Source: Prorocentrum cordatum (Eukaryota). From it: a stretch of 54,609 nucleotides of DNA. The stretch is from assembly GCA_963575745.1 (NCBI GenBank), contig CAUYUJ010000224.1, positions 62,001 through 116,609 of the forward strand, in the 5' to 3' direction. The notes under the pieces are model-generated. The model saw only the letters and a list, made by a program, of their open reading frames with translations, was not told the origin of the DNA and made no database searches. Of this stretch, positions 9,312-21,768 are shown in pieces (positions within the stretch are counted from its first letter, which is position 1; each line of letters opens with the position of its first letter). A program made the position numbers and the translations under genes.

Positions 9312-11940
9312 CGAAATGGGTGTGCGGGACGCATGCGGGCACACCCACTGGGACCTTCGGTGGAGCTCCCTGTTGGGGCCACGAAACGTCTGAGGGGTGT
9401 GCCGAATTGGGTGTAGGTGACGCGTGCGGGCACACCCACTGCGACCTTCGGTGGAGCCCCCATATGGGGCCACGAAACGTGCGAGGGGTGTGCCGAAATG
9501 GGCGCGCGGGACGCATGCGGGCACACCCACTGGGACCTTCGGTGGAGCCCCCTATGGGGCCACGAAACGTGCGAGGGGTGTGCCGAAATTAGCGTGCGGG
9601 ACGCATGCGGGCACACCCACTGGGACCTTCGGTGGAGCCCCCATATGGGGCCACGAAACGTGTGAGGGGTGTGCCGAATTGGGTGGGGGTGACGCGTGTG
9701 GACGGTGGCACTGGGGCCTTCGGTGGAGCTCCCTATGGGGCCACGAAACGTGTGAGGGGTGTGCCGAACTGGATGGGGGTGACGCATGTGGACAGTGGCA
9801 CTGGGGCCTTCGGTGGGGCTCCCTATGGGGCCACGAAGCGTCTGAGGGGTGTGCCGAATTGGGTGTAGGTGACGCATGCGGGCGGTGGCACTGGGGCCTT
9901 CGGTGGAGCTCGCTATGGGGCCACGAAACGTGTGAGGGGTGTGCCAAAGTGGGCGGGGGTGACGCATGTGGACGGTGGCACTGGGGCCTTCGGTGGAGCT
10001 CCCTGTGGGGCCACGAAACGTGTGAGGGGTGTGCCGAATTGGGTGTAGGTGACGCATGCGGGCGGTGGCACTGGGGCCTTCGGTGGAGCTGCCTATGGGG
10101 CCACGAAACGTGTGAGGGGTGTGCCGAATTGGGTGTAGGTGACGCATGCGGGCGGTGGCACTGGGGCCTTCGGTGGAGCTCCCTATGGGGCCACGAAACG
10201 TCTGAGGGGTGTGCCGAATTGGGTGTAGGTGACGCATGCGGGCGGTGGCGGTGGCACTGGGGCCTTCGGTGGAGCTCCCTATGGGGCCACGAAACGTGTG
10301 AGGGGTGTGCCGAATTGGGTGTAGGTGACGCATGCGGGCGGTGGCACTGGGGCCTTCGGTGGAGCTCCCTATGGGGCCACGAAGCGTCTGAGGGATGTGC
10401 CGAATTTGGTGTAGGTGACGCATGCGGTCGGTGGCACTGGTGCCTTCGGTGGGGCTCCCTATGGGGCCACGAAACGTATGAGGGGTGTGCCGGATTGGGT
10501 GTGCGGGACGCATGCGGGCACACCCACTGGGACCTTCGGTGGAGCCCCCTATGGGGCCACGAAACGTGCGAGGGGTGTGCCGAAATGGGCGTGCGGACGT
10601 AGGCGGGCACACCCACTGGGACCTTCGGTGGAGCTGCCTGTGGGGCCACGAAACGTGTGAGGGGTGTGCCGAATTGGGTGTAGGTGACGCATGCGGGCGG
10701 TGGCACTGGGGCCTTCGGTGGAGCTCCCTATGGGGCCACGAAGCGTCTGAGGGGTGTGCCGAATTGGGCGTGGGTGACGCATGCGGGCGGTGGCACTGGG
10801 GCCTTCGGTGGAGCTCCCTATGGGGCCACGAAACGTCTGAGGGGTGTGCCGAATTGGGTGTAGGTGACGCATGCGGGCGGTGGCACTGGGGGCCTTCGGT
10901 GGAGCTCCCCATTGGGCCACGAAACGTGTGAGGGGTGTGCCGAATTGGGTGTAGGTGACGCATGCGGGCGGTGGCACTGGGGCCTTCGGTGGAGCTCCCT
11001 ATGGGGCCACGAAACGTGTGAGGGGTGTGCCGAATTGGGTGTAAGTGACGCATGCGGGCGGTGGCACTGGCCTTCGGTGGGCTCCCTATGGGGCCACGAA
11101 ACGTGTGAGGGGTGTGCCGAAATGGGTGTGCGGACGCATGCGGGCGGTGGCACTGGGGCCTTCGGTGGAGCTCCCTATGGGGCCACGAACGTGTGAGGGG
11201 TGTGCCGAATTGGGTGTGGGGTGTGCACGACTTGGGTGTAGGTGACGCATGCGGGCGGTGGCACTGGGGCCTTCGGTGGAGCTCCCTATGGGCCACGAAG
11301 CGTCTGAGGGGTGTGCCGAATTGGGTGTGGGGACGCATGCGGGCGGCAGCACTGGGGCCTTCGGTGGAGCTCCCTGTGGGGCCACGAAACGTGTGAGGGG
11401 TGTGCCGAATTGGCGTATGAGTTACGCATGCGGGCCGCCGGCACTGGGCCATTCGGTGGAGCTGCTATGGGGCCACGAAACGTGTGAGGGTGTGCCGAAT
11501 TGGGTGTAGGTGACGCATGCGGGCGGTGGCACTGGGGCCTTCGGTGGAGCTCCCTATGGGGCCACGAAACGTCTGAAGGGGTGTGGCCGAATTGGGTGTA
11601 GGTGACGCATGCGGGCGGTGGCACTCGGGCCTTCGGTGGAGCTCCCTATGGGGCCACGAAGCGTCTGAGGGGTGTGCCGAATTGGGTGTAGGTGACGCAT
11701 GCGGGCGGTGGCACTGGGGCCTTCGGTGGAGCTCCCTATAGGGCCACGAAACGTGTGAGGGGTGTGCCGAATCGGGTGTAGGTGACGCATGCGGGCGGTG
11801 GCACGGGGGCCTTCGGTGGAGTTCGCTATGGGGCCACGAAGCGTCTGAGGGGCGTGCCGAATTGGGCGGGGGTGACGCATGCGGGCGGTGGCACTGGGGC
11901 CTTCGGTGGAGCTCCCTATGGGGCCACGAAACGTGTGAGG
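9312..11940 (+). repeat. 90-bp tandem array (~29 units) inside element copy A
   Basis: Main unit ggggccacgaaacgtgtgaggggtgtgccgaattgggtgtaggtgacgcatgcgggcggtggcactggggccttcggtggagctccctat (90 nt), interspersed with a ...gtgcgggacgcatgcgggcacacccactggga... variant. Confidence 0.95.
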
Positions 11941-12019
11941 GATGACGGCAGCGATGATGGCGACGATTCTGATGACAGCGATGATGATGATGATGATGAC
12001 GATGATGGTGATGATGATG

Positions 12020-12668
12020 CCCTCAGCTTCGGGCCGTGGTGCTTCTGGCCAGCAGGGCCCGCAGCGCAGTTGAGCGTTTTGCGAGCAGACGGGCTCTGGC
12101 GTCGACGGCACGTCGCGCCGCAGTTGCCGAGACGGTAGCGGCAGTGAGGAGATTGCAATGGAGAGGAGACAATCAGAAGCAGACACGGGCGCGCGAGAGA
12201 GAACAATACGAGATTCAGCCGAGAGTTCGGACCACGACAGGGGCAATGAACGCAGATGCTTAGCGGCAGCGGTGGCTAAAATAGGACAGATCATGTAGTG
12301 GCGAAGGTCATCTCCGCCGACTGCATTGCATCCAGCTCTGCACGTTTGACATCCCTGCCGAAATCTTCGGGATGTACACCAAGCGTTACACAAACTTCTG
12401 AACACAGCACAAGTTACGAAAGTCGGGAGATGCTGACTTATCACGCCTAACCGAATTGCACACACATCAGCGTCATGCATGTTAGCATCAGGAAGCAGGT
12501 GGAGAATACGACGAAAGAGAGGAGGCACGAGCGAGGGGGCAGGGAAAGACGCACGCAAGAAGCAAGAAATTAGCCTTTGAATATCGAGCCTAGCTACATC
12601 AGGTATGCGACGATGCAATTTGGGCAGGCTACAGATATGATTAGAATTGCTATAGAGTTGATGGAAGA
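12020..12668 (-). mobile_element. 5'-truncated non-LTR retrotransposon (LINE) 3' fragment in a (CAT)n/(GAT)n tract
   Basis: VFRSLCNAWCTSRRFRQGCQTCRAGCNAVGGDDLRHYMICP resembles the C-terminal Cys/His zinc-binding region of LINE ORF2. Flanked by (GAT)n at 11941-12019 and ~12670-12843. Confidence 0.65.
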
Positions 12669-14313
12669 TGCGATGATGGTGATGATGATGGTCGTGAGGA
12701 TTATGACGATAATGGTGATGACGATGATGATGACGACGATGATAGTGATGATGACGACGATGGTGATGATGACGACCATGATGGTGCTGATAATGATGAC
12801 GATGACGATGACGATGATGATGGCGATGACGATGATGATGATGAGAGGGAGGAGGGAGGAGGGGGGAGGAGGAGGGGGCAGCGGGAGGAAGGAAGGAAGG
12901 AGACGCGGGGCACTGTCTCTTCAAAACGAGGACCCAACACCACAGGATGGTTGGGAAGAATCCAGGCCTCTGGGGAGAAGCGGCCTGGCGTCCGAAGAGC
13001 GTCGCCACCAGAAGAGGGCGGCCCGGGGTCCGGCTTCGCGTTGGACGGCTGGGATGGGATACACAGTGGGCGGTGGCGGCTGGGAGGCATCGTGGAGCTT
13101 CGCGTTGGGCGGCGCTTGGGCGGCTTCGCGTTGGGCTGGGAGGGGGAGGGGGGGTCCCCTCGTGGGGCCTGACCTCCCCAGTGGCATCCTGGCGGTGCGG
13201 AACAGGAAACCACGACGGGCAGCTTTTGGTAACTCCTGGAGCCCTTTGCCGGGCCCCGGGAGCGTCAAAGTACAACCCCTGGTGGCACGCAGACGGGGGA
13301 GGGGAGAAGGGGGAAGGCTTCTTGAAAGCCCTCCCCCCTCCCCCCTACCCTCCTCTGCGCGTGACCGAAGCCCGAGACGAAAAACCAGTCCCCAGGAAAA
13401 GGTCCAGACCCCTGGGTAGCCGTGCCGTAAAAAAATGGCGTCGGATGGTTGGGCCTCTCGAGGCGCGTTCTGACCAGAACTTCGGGTCGGATCCAGCCGC
13501 GGTGACGTTGGCGCCCCAGGAGGCCCAACGGCATCCAAAAGCATAGATTCCCGATGCGATGGGGAGAGGACGCCACAAGAAAGCTGGAAACATACATGGC
13601 TAGATTCGCATGTGGAATTAACAAGAGGCCACGCGCTGGATGCATATGCGGAAGCCTGGCGCGCGCGGCCACAGAAGAGCCGAGCGCTGGGAACACCTGC
13701 GGCCACATGTGTACCCGGCTCTTGTCCAGGCGGCCCTCGTCGTGCTTATTCAACTTCCGGGCACACGTTATCTTTTCCTCGGGGAGGAGGCCAGCACCAG
13801 GACAGACAACGCATGCCCGTGTCCCGGCCACCTAATGTGTATGCGGCTTCTCGGGGGCGTCCATGCGGGCGGCGTCCATGCGGGGGCCACGAGTCACGGC
13901 CAGAGACAGGTGCGCGGCCCAAGGGGGGTGACCAGGGGACGCACTGAAAAAGCAAGAGGAGGCCATGAGATCCGGACAGACATCGTGGCCCCAGCCACGA
14001 GATTCACCCCCCTGGTCATCACCCCCCTCCTGGCCGCCCCCGCGCTTCCTGGCACTCGTTACCCAGTCCCCTCGCGGAGGAGGCTGCCTCCAGGACAAAC
14101 CACGCAGGCCCGCGCCCTCCGAGCCCCTGCCAACAAGGAGGGCGCCGCCTGGGGCTCTCGGTGCCCCTGGAGGCACCCAGAGACCTCCGCGGGGCCCCGC
14201 GGGGACGCCCCGGCCGTGCCGTGCCGTGACGACTTGCGAGTCAGCTTCTGGCACCGCGTGGATCGCTCAGCCCTGATCGGCCGCGGCTTCCCGATAGCGC
14301 CGATCGCTTGATA

Positions 14314-14511
14314 CTCGGGTCGGGCAAAAGGGGGGGATAGCAAAGGGGGGATTTGAGAATCAGCTCACGTAGCTGACTTTCCTGGCGCCTCCCAGCGCCG
14401 GAGGCGACTATGTATCGAGGAATGGGCCCCTCGGTGGGGCCGAAACCAGCTGCATGCAGCAAACTTCGTAACCCCCCCCTTTCCCAATCCCCCCCTTTCG
14501 TCCGGCCCGAG
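14314..14511. mobile_element. MITE, ~198 bp, ~40-bp imperfect TIRs
   Basis: Left ctcgggtcgggcaaaagggggggatagcaaag.. vs reverse complement of right end ctcgggccggacgaaagggggggattgggaaag..; flanks ata / atg. Confidence 0.7.
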
Positions 14512-14789
14512 ATGCGTACGCACTGGCCGGTCCCGGGCCACTGGCGACTTTCAACCATGACCCCGCCCAGGCTGCCGTCGCCGCCGCGCCAGCACGACAC
14601 GAAACAACCGGAGGCCCCGTCGGCACACAAATTATCCCGGCAAAGCAACCTAACAGCGATGTGTAGGAGCATATCTGGAAGCATTCCCCTTAAGATTCAG
14701 ATGAGAATCCAGTTGTAGAATTCTGCTGTTCTCGCAGTCGTAGTCGCATTCGCGATGACAGTCGCAGTGGCAACGGCAGTCGCAGTCAC

Positions 14790-16144
14790 AGCCTCAGCCT
14801 CAGCCTGCCTCAGCCTCAGCCTCAGCCTGCCTCAGCCTCAGCCTGCCTCAGCCTCAGCCTCAGCCTGCTTCAGCCTCAGCCTCAGTCTGCCTTCAGCCTC
14901 GGCCTCAGCCTCAGCCTGCCTCAGCCTCAGCCTGCATCAGCCTCAGCCTCAGCCTCAGCCTGCCTCAGCATCAGCCTGCCTCAGCCTCAGCCTCAGCCTG
15001 CCTCAGCCTCAGCCTCAGCCTGCTTCAGCCTCAGCCTCAGTCTGCCTTCAGCCTCGGCCTCAGCCTCAGCCTGCCTCAGCCTCAGCCTGCATCAGCCTCA
15101 GCCTCAGCCTCAGCCTGCCTCAGCATCAGCCTGCCTCAGCCTCAGCCTCAGCCTGCCTCAGCCTCAGCCTCAGCCTCAGCCTGCTTCAGCCTCAGCCTCA
15201 GTCTGCCTTCAGCCTCGGCCTCAGCCTCAGCCTGCCTCAGCCTCAGCCTGCATCAGCCTCAGCCTCAGCCTCAGCCTGCCTCAGCATCAGCCTGCCTCAG
15301 CCTCAGCCTCAGCCTCCTCAGCCTCAGCCTGCTTCAGCCTCAGCCTCAGTCTGCCTTCAGCCTCGGCCTCAGCCTCAGCCTGCCTCAGCCTCAGCCTGCA
15401 TCAGCCTCAGCCTCAGCCTCAGCCTGCCTCAGCCTCAGCCTGCATCAGCCTCAGCCTCAGCCTCAGCCTCAGCCTGCCTCAGCCTCAGCCTGCCTCAGCC
15501 TCAGCCTCAGCCTGCCTCAGCCTCAGCCTCAGCCTGCTTCAGCCTCAGCCTCAGTCTGCCTTCAGCCTCGGCCTCAGCCTCAGCCTGCCTCAGCCTCACC
15601 CTGCATCAGCCTCAGCCTCAGCCTCAGCCTGCCTCAGCATCAGCCTGCCTCAGCCTCAGCCTCAGCCTGCCTCAGCCTCAGCCTCAGCCTGCTCAGCCTC
15701 AGCCTCAGTCTGCCTTCAGCCTCGGCCTCAGCCTCAGCCTGCCTCAGCCTCAGCCTGCATCAGCCTCAGCCTCAGCCTCAGCCTGCCTCAGCATCAGCCT
15801 GCCTCAGCCTCAGCCTCAGCCTGCCTCAGCCTCAGCCTCAGCCTGCTTCAGCCTCAGCCTCAGTCTGCCTTCAGCCTCGGCCTCAGCCTCAGCCTGCCTC
15901 AGCCTCAGCCTGCATCAGCCTCAGCCTCAGCCTCAGCCTGCCTCAGCATCAGCCTGCCTAGCCTCAGCCTCAGCCTGCCTCAGCCTCAGCCTCAGCCTGC
16001 TTCAGCCTCAGCATCAGTCTGCCTTCAGCCTCAGCCTCAGCCTCAGCCTGCCTCAGCCTCAGCCTGCCTCAGCCTCAGCCTCTGCATCAGCCTCAGCCTC
16101 AGCCTGCTTCAGCCTCAGCCTCAGTCTGCCTTCAGCCTCGGCCT
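14790..16144. repeat. (CCTCAG)n satellite with ~155-bp higher-order period
   Basis: Marker tctgccttcagcctcggcc recurs at ~14886, 15041, 15202, 15350, 15555, 15709, 15865, 16125. Confidence 0.9.
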
Positions 16145-16393
16145 GAGTCCTGGGAACTCGAAGACCACGAAGTGGCCTACAATTGTCTCCGGGCATTCAA
16201 AATCATGCCCAGGAATAGAGTTCTGGGAACTCGAAGACCACGAAGTGGCCTACAGTTGGCTCCGGGCATTCAAAATCATGCCCAGGAATGGAGTTCTGGG
16301 AACTCGAAGAACACGAAGTGGCCTACAGTTGGCTGCGGGCATTCAAAATCATGCCAGGGAATGGAGTTCTGGGAGCTCGAAGACCACAAAGTG
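16145..16393. repeat. 73-bp tandem repeat x~3.4
   Basis: gagt(t/c)ctggga(a/g)ctcgaaga starts at 16145, 16218, 16291, 16364. Confidence 0.9.
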
Positions 16394-16736
16394 CGTTACT
16401 GTTTGCTAAAAAGGAGTCCCCGGTTTTCCCAGGCACCCGTCCAGCATCTGCCCAGACCCACCTGGGGAGTCTGATGCTCTCTTTTGAGACCACTAGAAAC
16501 CTATCAGTCTTCGCTGTTGGGTAAAAACCTGCCTGCGGCACGAACCGCCGCGTCGCCACGACACCACGCGTGCCTCCAGGCTCTGTGGAAACGTCGAGTC
16601 GGCGCTGGCGGGGTCGCCACCTCCTCGAGGAAACGAGCCCCCCGTAGACCACCCCAGGACCCCGAGGACTCCCAGAGGCGCCCGAGCATGCTCAGAACCT
16701 CCTCGATGCTCGTCACTCGTAACACCCCGTCGTGAC

Positions 16737-17022
16737 GACCCTCCCTCGGCACCGCCCGAAAAAACCCAAGAGGGGCCCGGCGGGGTAGATCGGCGGCGAG
16801 CGACAGGGGAAGTGAGAAGGAGGATGCCTTCTCAGAAGGCTCGGAAGTCCCCCCGGCCGTCTGAAAAGTTGTCTGAGCCTTCCGCGAAGACACCAAAAAC
16901 CTCTCAGAAGGCCTGAGAAACCCCGCCGCCTTACAAGAAGGCCTTCTGCTTCTCATTTCACCCCATCGCTCGGCGCCGACTGGTGAGGACCCTCCCTCGG
17001 CACCGCCCGAAAAAACCCAAGA
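16737..17022. repeat. Exact 35-bp direct repeat pair 251 bp apart
   Basis: gaccctccctcggcaccgcccgaaaaaacccaaga at 16737-16771 and 16988-17022. Confidence 0.85.
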
Positions 17023-17956
17023 TGAACGGCAACGATTGGCGGGGACTGGCATAGGGGGGGACACATCGACCTGGAATCGGCGATACATCGCCGATACGTC
17101 GACGATAGGCCCCCGATAGCGGAACCGAACCTTCCTGAGCGTGCTGTCGGGCCCCCATCCGCGATCTCAATGGGCCATTGGGTGTCGATGCATCCCCCCT
17201 ATGGGGCGACGAAACCTATACACATCCGCTACTCCCTGGCCAGGCCCGTCCTCAACCCAGCAGCGGTATACACGCCACGCCCGCCCGGCTTGGCCAGGAG
17301 GGCGCCTACGCAGCTCCTGGGCTCGGGATGGGCGTGGCCAGGGAGCAGTGGGTAGGTGTAGACTTCGTCGCCCCATCCTGTGTCTATCCCTCCCCAACGC
17401 TGCCCCTGGCAAGAGGAGCCCGGCGGGGCAGAGGGGCTCGCCGGGAGAGGCCACGGCGCCGCTGGCGCCGCCGCCACCGCCACGGCCACTGGGGGCGCCA
17501 TTGCGCGGCCGCAGGAGCGCGCGCGGCGGGGCCGCAGGAGCGGGGGGGGGGGGAAGGGAGGGGCGCCAGCCTGACGCGGGACGCACAAGGACATACTAGC
17601 ACAGTATGTCCGCCTTGGAGGCGCGCGTCCGGACGAGCATGTGTCATAACCATCTTGTAGTATATCGCTTCCTGAGCGGTATGGCCAGGAAGCGCCTAGC
17701 ACGGAGCTTATACTACAAGATTTCTCGGCGCGCGCGTCACCCCTGGGGGGGGGGCGACGCGCACGTAGTATCATCATGTTGGCGTGGTCACCTAAGCCGC
17801 CGACCCTGGCCAGGCTCACCCTTAGGTGGCCACATCCGAAGCCTACCCACCACCGACCATCGGTTCTCCCAAATCGAGGTTCTCCTACCCACCATCCTCC
17901 TCCTCCTCCTCCTCCTCCTCCTCCTCCTCCTCCTCCCCTCCTCCTCCTCCTCCTCC

Positions 17957-18056
17957 NNNNNNNNNNNNNNNNNNNNNNNNNNNNNNNNNNNNNNNNNNNN
18001 NNNNNNNNNNNNNNNNNNNNNNNNNNNNNNNNNNNNNNNNNNNNNNNNNNNNNNNN
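17957..18056. other. Assembly gap (100 N); further gaps at 33088-33187 and 39213-39312
   Basis: N runs, each abutting a (CCT)n or (CTA)n tract. Confidence 0.99.
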
Positions 18057-18058
18057 TG

Positions 18059-18239
18059 CTCCAGATTTCGTAATACAGGGAGGGGGGTCTCATTTCGGGG
18101 GGGGGGTCTCTTCCAGGCCATCTTGGAGGGCCTGGGGGGGCCTGGGGACGATGTTTTGGAGGGTTCTCCCACGGGGAAGGTCTGAAATGTCTTGTCTTGG
18201 AGGGTCCAGACCCCCTCCCTTTTATTACGAAATCTGGAG
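18059..18239. mobile_element. MITE, ~181 bp, ~32-bp TIRs, probable TA target (Tc1/mariner-like)
   Basis: ctccagatttcgtaatacagggaggggggtct (18059-18090) vs agaccccctcccttttattacgaaatctggag (18208-18239); flanked by tg / ta. Confidence 0.75.
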
Positions 18240-18999
18240 TACGGGTCATCAGGGAAGCGGGTCCTGGACCACGAGCTCCTCTCCATCCGCAGCATGGGGG
18301 CAACGGGTCCTGGGGGAAACGGGTCCTGGGCTCTGGGGCCTTCCCCCCGGACGAGCTCCTCATCCTGAGCCGTTTCCTGACAGTCCTGGGGTCCGTGGGC
18401 AAAAAACCTCAGGACCCGTTTCCCTCAGGACCCGCTTTCCCATGCGAAATCCCCCTAGCGACAAGCTCTTCATGCTGGGTCGTTGCCTGCTGGCCCCAGG
18501 GTTGCCCAGGGAAGCCCGAAGACGGCGAAAAAGCTCCAGTGTCCGCTTCCTCAGCGCACGGTTGCCACACATCCGATGTCTTGAACTTTTCGATACGGGG
18601 GCCCCGAAAGTCCCAACACGTTCCCCGGGGCAGGTTTTTCGTCCCGACTCGTCGTTGGACCGCCCCAGGGCCCGGGCGAGGGCCCCGCGAGATCGAAAAC
18701 GGCCGAAAACCTTCCGTCGTGATGCTTGTCGCGGCGCGAGCACGTCTGGATTCCTTCCCATGGTGAGCGCAGCTGCTTGCGCTGCCCTCCCCCCCCCCTG
18801 GGTTCCGAGACAACCCAGCTGGCGGAAAAACGGCACGGCGCAAGGGTTTTCGCCGCTGGCCAGCCGCGATGCGGTGACCTCTCTCCCGTGGCAGCGCCCG
18901 CTGGCCGCGAAGGGTGCCCTACAGCTGGAGGCCCTCCTCCGGGTGGGCGAACGAGAACCCCTCCTCGGGATTGGGGGGAAAAACACGCCGCGTCATCGG

Positions 19000-19232
19000 C
19001 CTCCTCAGCCCTCCCCTTCCTCCTCCTCCTCCTCCTCCTCCTCCTCCTCCTCCTCCTCCTCCTACTCCTCCTCCTCCTCCTCCTCCTCCTCCCCCCTCTC
19101 TCCTCCTCCTCCTCCTCTCCTCTCCTCCTCCTCCTCCTCCTCCTCCTCCTCATCCTCCTCCTCCTCCTCCTCCTCCTCCTCCTCCTCCTCCTCCTCCTCC
19201 TCCTCCTCCTCATCCTCATCTCATCCTCATCC

Positions 19233-19278
<46 letters not shown>

Positions 19279-19436
19279 TCATCATCATCACACCATCATC
19301 ATCATCTCATCATCATCTCATCATCAGCATCAGCATCAGCATCAGCATCAGCATCAGCATCAGACATCATCATCACCATCAACCACTCACCATCCCATAT
19401 CACATCATCATCATCAGCTCATCATCATCATCATCA

Positions 19437-19483
<47 letters not shown>

Positions 19484-19507
19484 GCATCATCATCTCATCA
19501 TCATCAG

Positions 19508-19541
<34 letters not shown>

Positions 19542-20503
19542 CATCATCATCATCACATCATCAGGCATCAGCTCAGCATCAGCATCAGCATCAGCATCAC
19601 CATCCCATCACCACACATCATCATCATCATCATCATCATCATAATCATAATCATCATCATCATCATCATAATCATCATCATCATCATCATCATCAGCATC
19701 ATCATCATCAGCATCATCATCAGCATCATCATCAGCATCATCAACATCATCGTAATCATCATCATCATCATCATCGTCATCATCATCATGAGAAGCATCA
19801 TCAGCAGCATCACCATCATCATCACCATCAGCATCAGCATCATCATCATCAGCATCAGCATCATCATCATGATCATCATCATCATCATCAACATCATCAT
19901 CAGCATCAGCATCATCAGCATCATCGTCATCATCATCATTACCATCATCACCATCGTCATCATCATCAGCAGCTGCATCAGCAGCATCAGTATCAACAAC
20001 ATCATCATCATCCGAATCCGAATCAAAGTCAGAATCATCAGCATCATTATGATCGTCAGGATCATCATCACCATCAGCATCAGCATAACCATCATTATCA
20101 CTATCCGCATCATCATCAGCAGCAGCATCATCAGCATCATCAGCATCACCATCATCATCAGCATCATAATCATCAGCATCATCAGCATCATCACCATCAC
20201 GGTCAGCATCACCGCCATCACCATCATCATCATCAGCATCACCATCATCACCAATCCCGTCACCCTCATCATCAGCAGCACCGCCATCAGCTTCGTCATC
20301 ATTATCATCACCAGAATCGACATGTCCAGCATCAGTATCACCATCATCAGCATCATCAGCAGCATTATCATCACCACCAGCAACAGCATCATCGGCATCA
20401 GCACCATCATCACCATCACCAGCATCACCATCACCACTACCATCACCACTACCATCACCTTCCCTCCCTCTTCCTCTTCCTCCTCTTCCTCCTTCTCCTC
20501 CTC
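19000..20503. repeat. Compound (CCT)n-(CAT/CAG)n-(CCT)n microsatellite
   Basis: Directly visible. Confidence 0.95.
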
Positions 20504-20914
20504 GAGGAGCCTGGAGCCGGGCGGTCTGTGAACCCCGCGGACGCGACCATGGCCCCTCCGCGCGGCACCGAATGGTGCGCCAGGAAAGGCCATTCCGAAA
20601 ATGGTCCGATCACCATTGGTGGGGCCGGCGAGGGACGAGGAGGGAAAGACGGACGGGGGGCTCGAAAGAAGAGGGCGAAGGGAGCACGAACGGACGGGCC
20701 GAGCGCAGGAGGGAAGGTAACGAAGAGAGAGACCTGCAGGACGGCTGTGGCCCGAGAGCCGCTCCGTCGACGCGCGCGCGCGCGTGCCACACCGCGCGCA
20801 CGCGCGACCGCGCGACCACGCGCGTGTGCACCCAACCCCTCGTCCTCGCCTCGGGGTGCCGTGAGCCGCGGGGCCCAAGGGCGAGGGCGGATGGGCAGGG
20901 TGCAGGTGGCAGTC

Positions 20915-21688
20915 ATGATGCTGCTGGTTGCGGCGGCGTTCGTGGCGTCGCGGTGATGGTGCTGGTCGCAGTCGTGGCATCGTGATGCTGCTTGCGGTCG
21001 CAGTCGAGGTCGTGGTGCTGCTGGTCGGGAGCGCGGCGTACGTTGAGGCGTTGCTGGTCGCAGTCCTTGTGGTGCTGCTGGTCTAGCAGCACTCGTCGCG
21101 CTGCTGCTGGACGCCGTTGTAGTGCACGTGGTCGCTGGGAAGGACGTCGGGTGGGGCACGGAATAGGGCGTCGTGGTGGTGATGATGACGATCGCATTCG
21201 TGGTGATAGTGGTGCTGATGGTCGCAGTCGCGGTGCGGGTCGCGATTCTGCTGGTCGCGGTCGAGGTGGCGCTGCTGGTCGTGGTGGTGGTTTGGCTGGT
21301 GGTCGCAGTCGTGGTGCTCGTGGTGGTGCTGGTGGTGCTGGTCGAGGTCTTGGCGGTGGTGCTAATGATCACCGTCATGGAGTGCGTCGTGGTGTTGCTG
21401 GCCCTCCTCCTCCTCCTCCTCCTCCTCCTCCTCCTCCTCCTCCTCCTCCTCCTCCTCCTCCTCTTCCTCCTGTTTCCTCCTCCTCCTCCTCCTCCTCCTC
21501 CTCCTCCTCCTCCTCCTCCTCCTCCTCCTCGTCGTCTTCCTCCTCCTCCTCTTCTCTCCCATCCTCCTCCTCCTCCCCTCCTCCTCCTCCTCCCTCCCTC
21601 CCATTCTGCTCCTCCTCCGCCTCCTCCTCCTCCTCCTCCTCCTCCTCCTCCTCCTCCTCCTCCTCATCATCCTCATCATCATCATCTC

Positions 21689-21768
<80 letters not shown>

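Larger units (their letters stand above)
6967..12957 (-). mobile_element. Helentron/Helitron2-like element, copy A (helicase-bearing, internally deleted)
   Basis: Right end tctcttcaaaacgaggacccaacaccacaggATGGTTGGGaa and left end tcctggcgaaggaCCCAACCATatgcagttgtgagtaccgcaactg are both shared with copies B and C. Asymmetric 9-bp inverted repeat (6982-6990 / 12947-12955), terminal hairpin 6969-6981, no TSD, A/T-run flanks. Contains a PIF1-like helicase. Confidence 0.75.

Noticed and set aside
8804..11452. Long repeat-protein ORFs (WGHETCEGCA.., RHTPHTFRGPIGSSTEGP.., GAFGGAPYGATKR..) here and over the other arrays
   Set aside because: A 90-bp stop-poor unit opens several frames on both strands, and frequent 1-bp indels show no frame selection.
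9312..11940. CRISPR array (constant hairpin repeat plus variable segment)
   Set aside because: Variable segments are not unique spacers but a few types repeated in runs. There are no cas genes and the context is eukaryotic. The same applies to the arrays at 35845-37810 and 42413-44880.
14755..16146. 463-aa SASA/QPQP/LSLS ORF
   Set aside because: Translation of the CCTCAG satellite; it cycles through all three frames' peptides.
16737..17022. 35-bp direct repeats as LTRs or a TSD
   Set aside because: No TG..CA ends, primer-binding site or coding sequence between them; more likely a local duplication.
17195..17216. ccccctatggggcgacgaaacc resembling the 90-bp unit core
   Set aside because: A single ~20-nt partial match without the rest of the unit or element termini.
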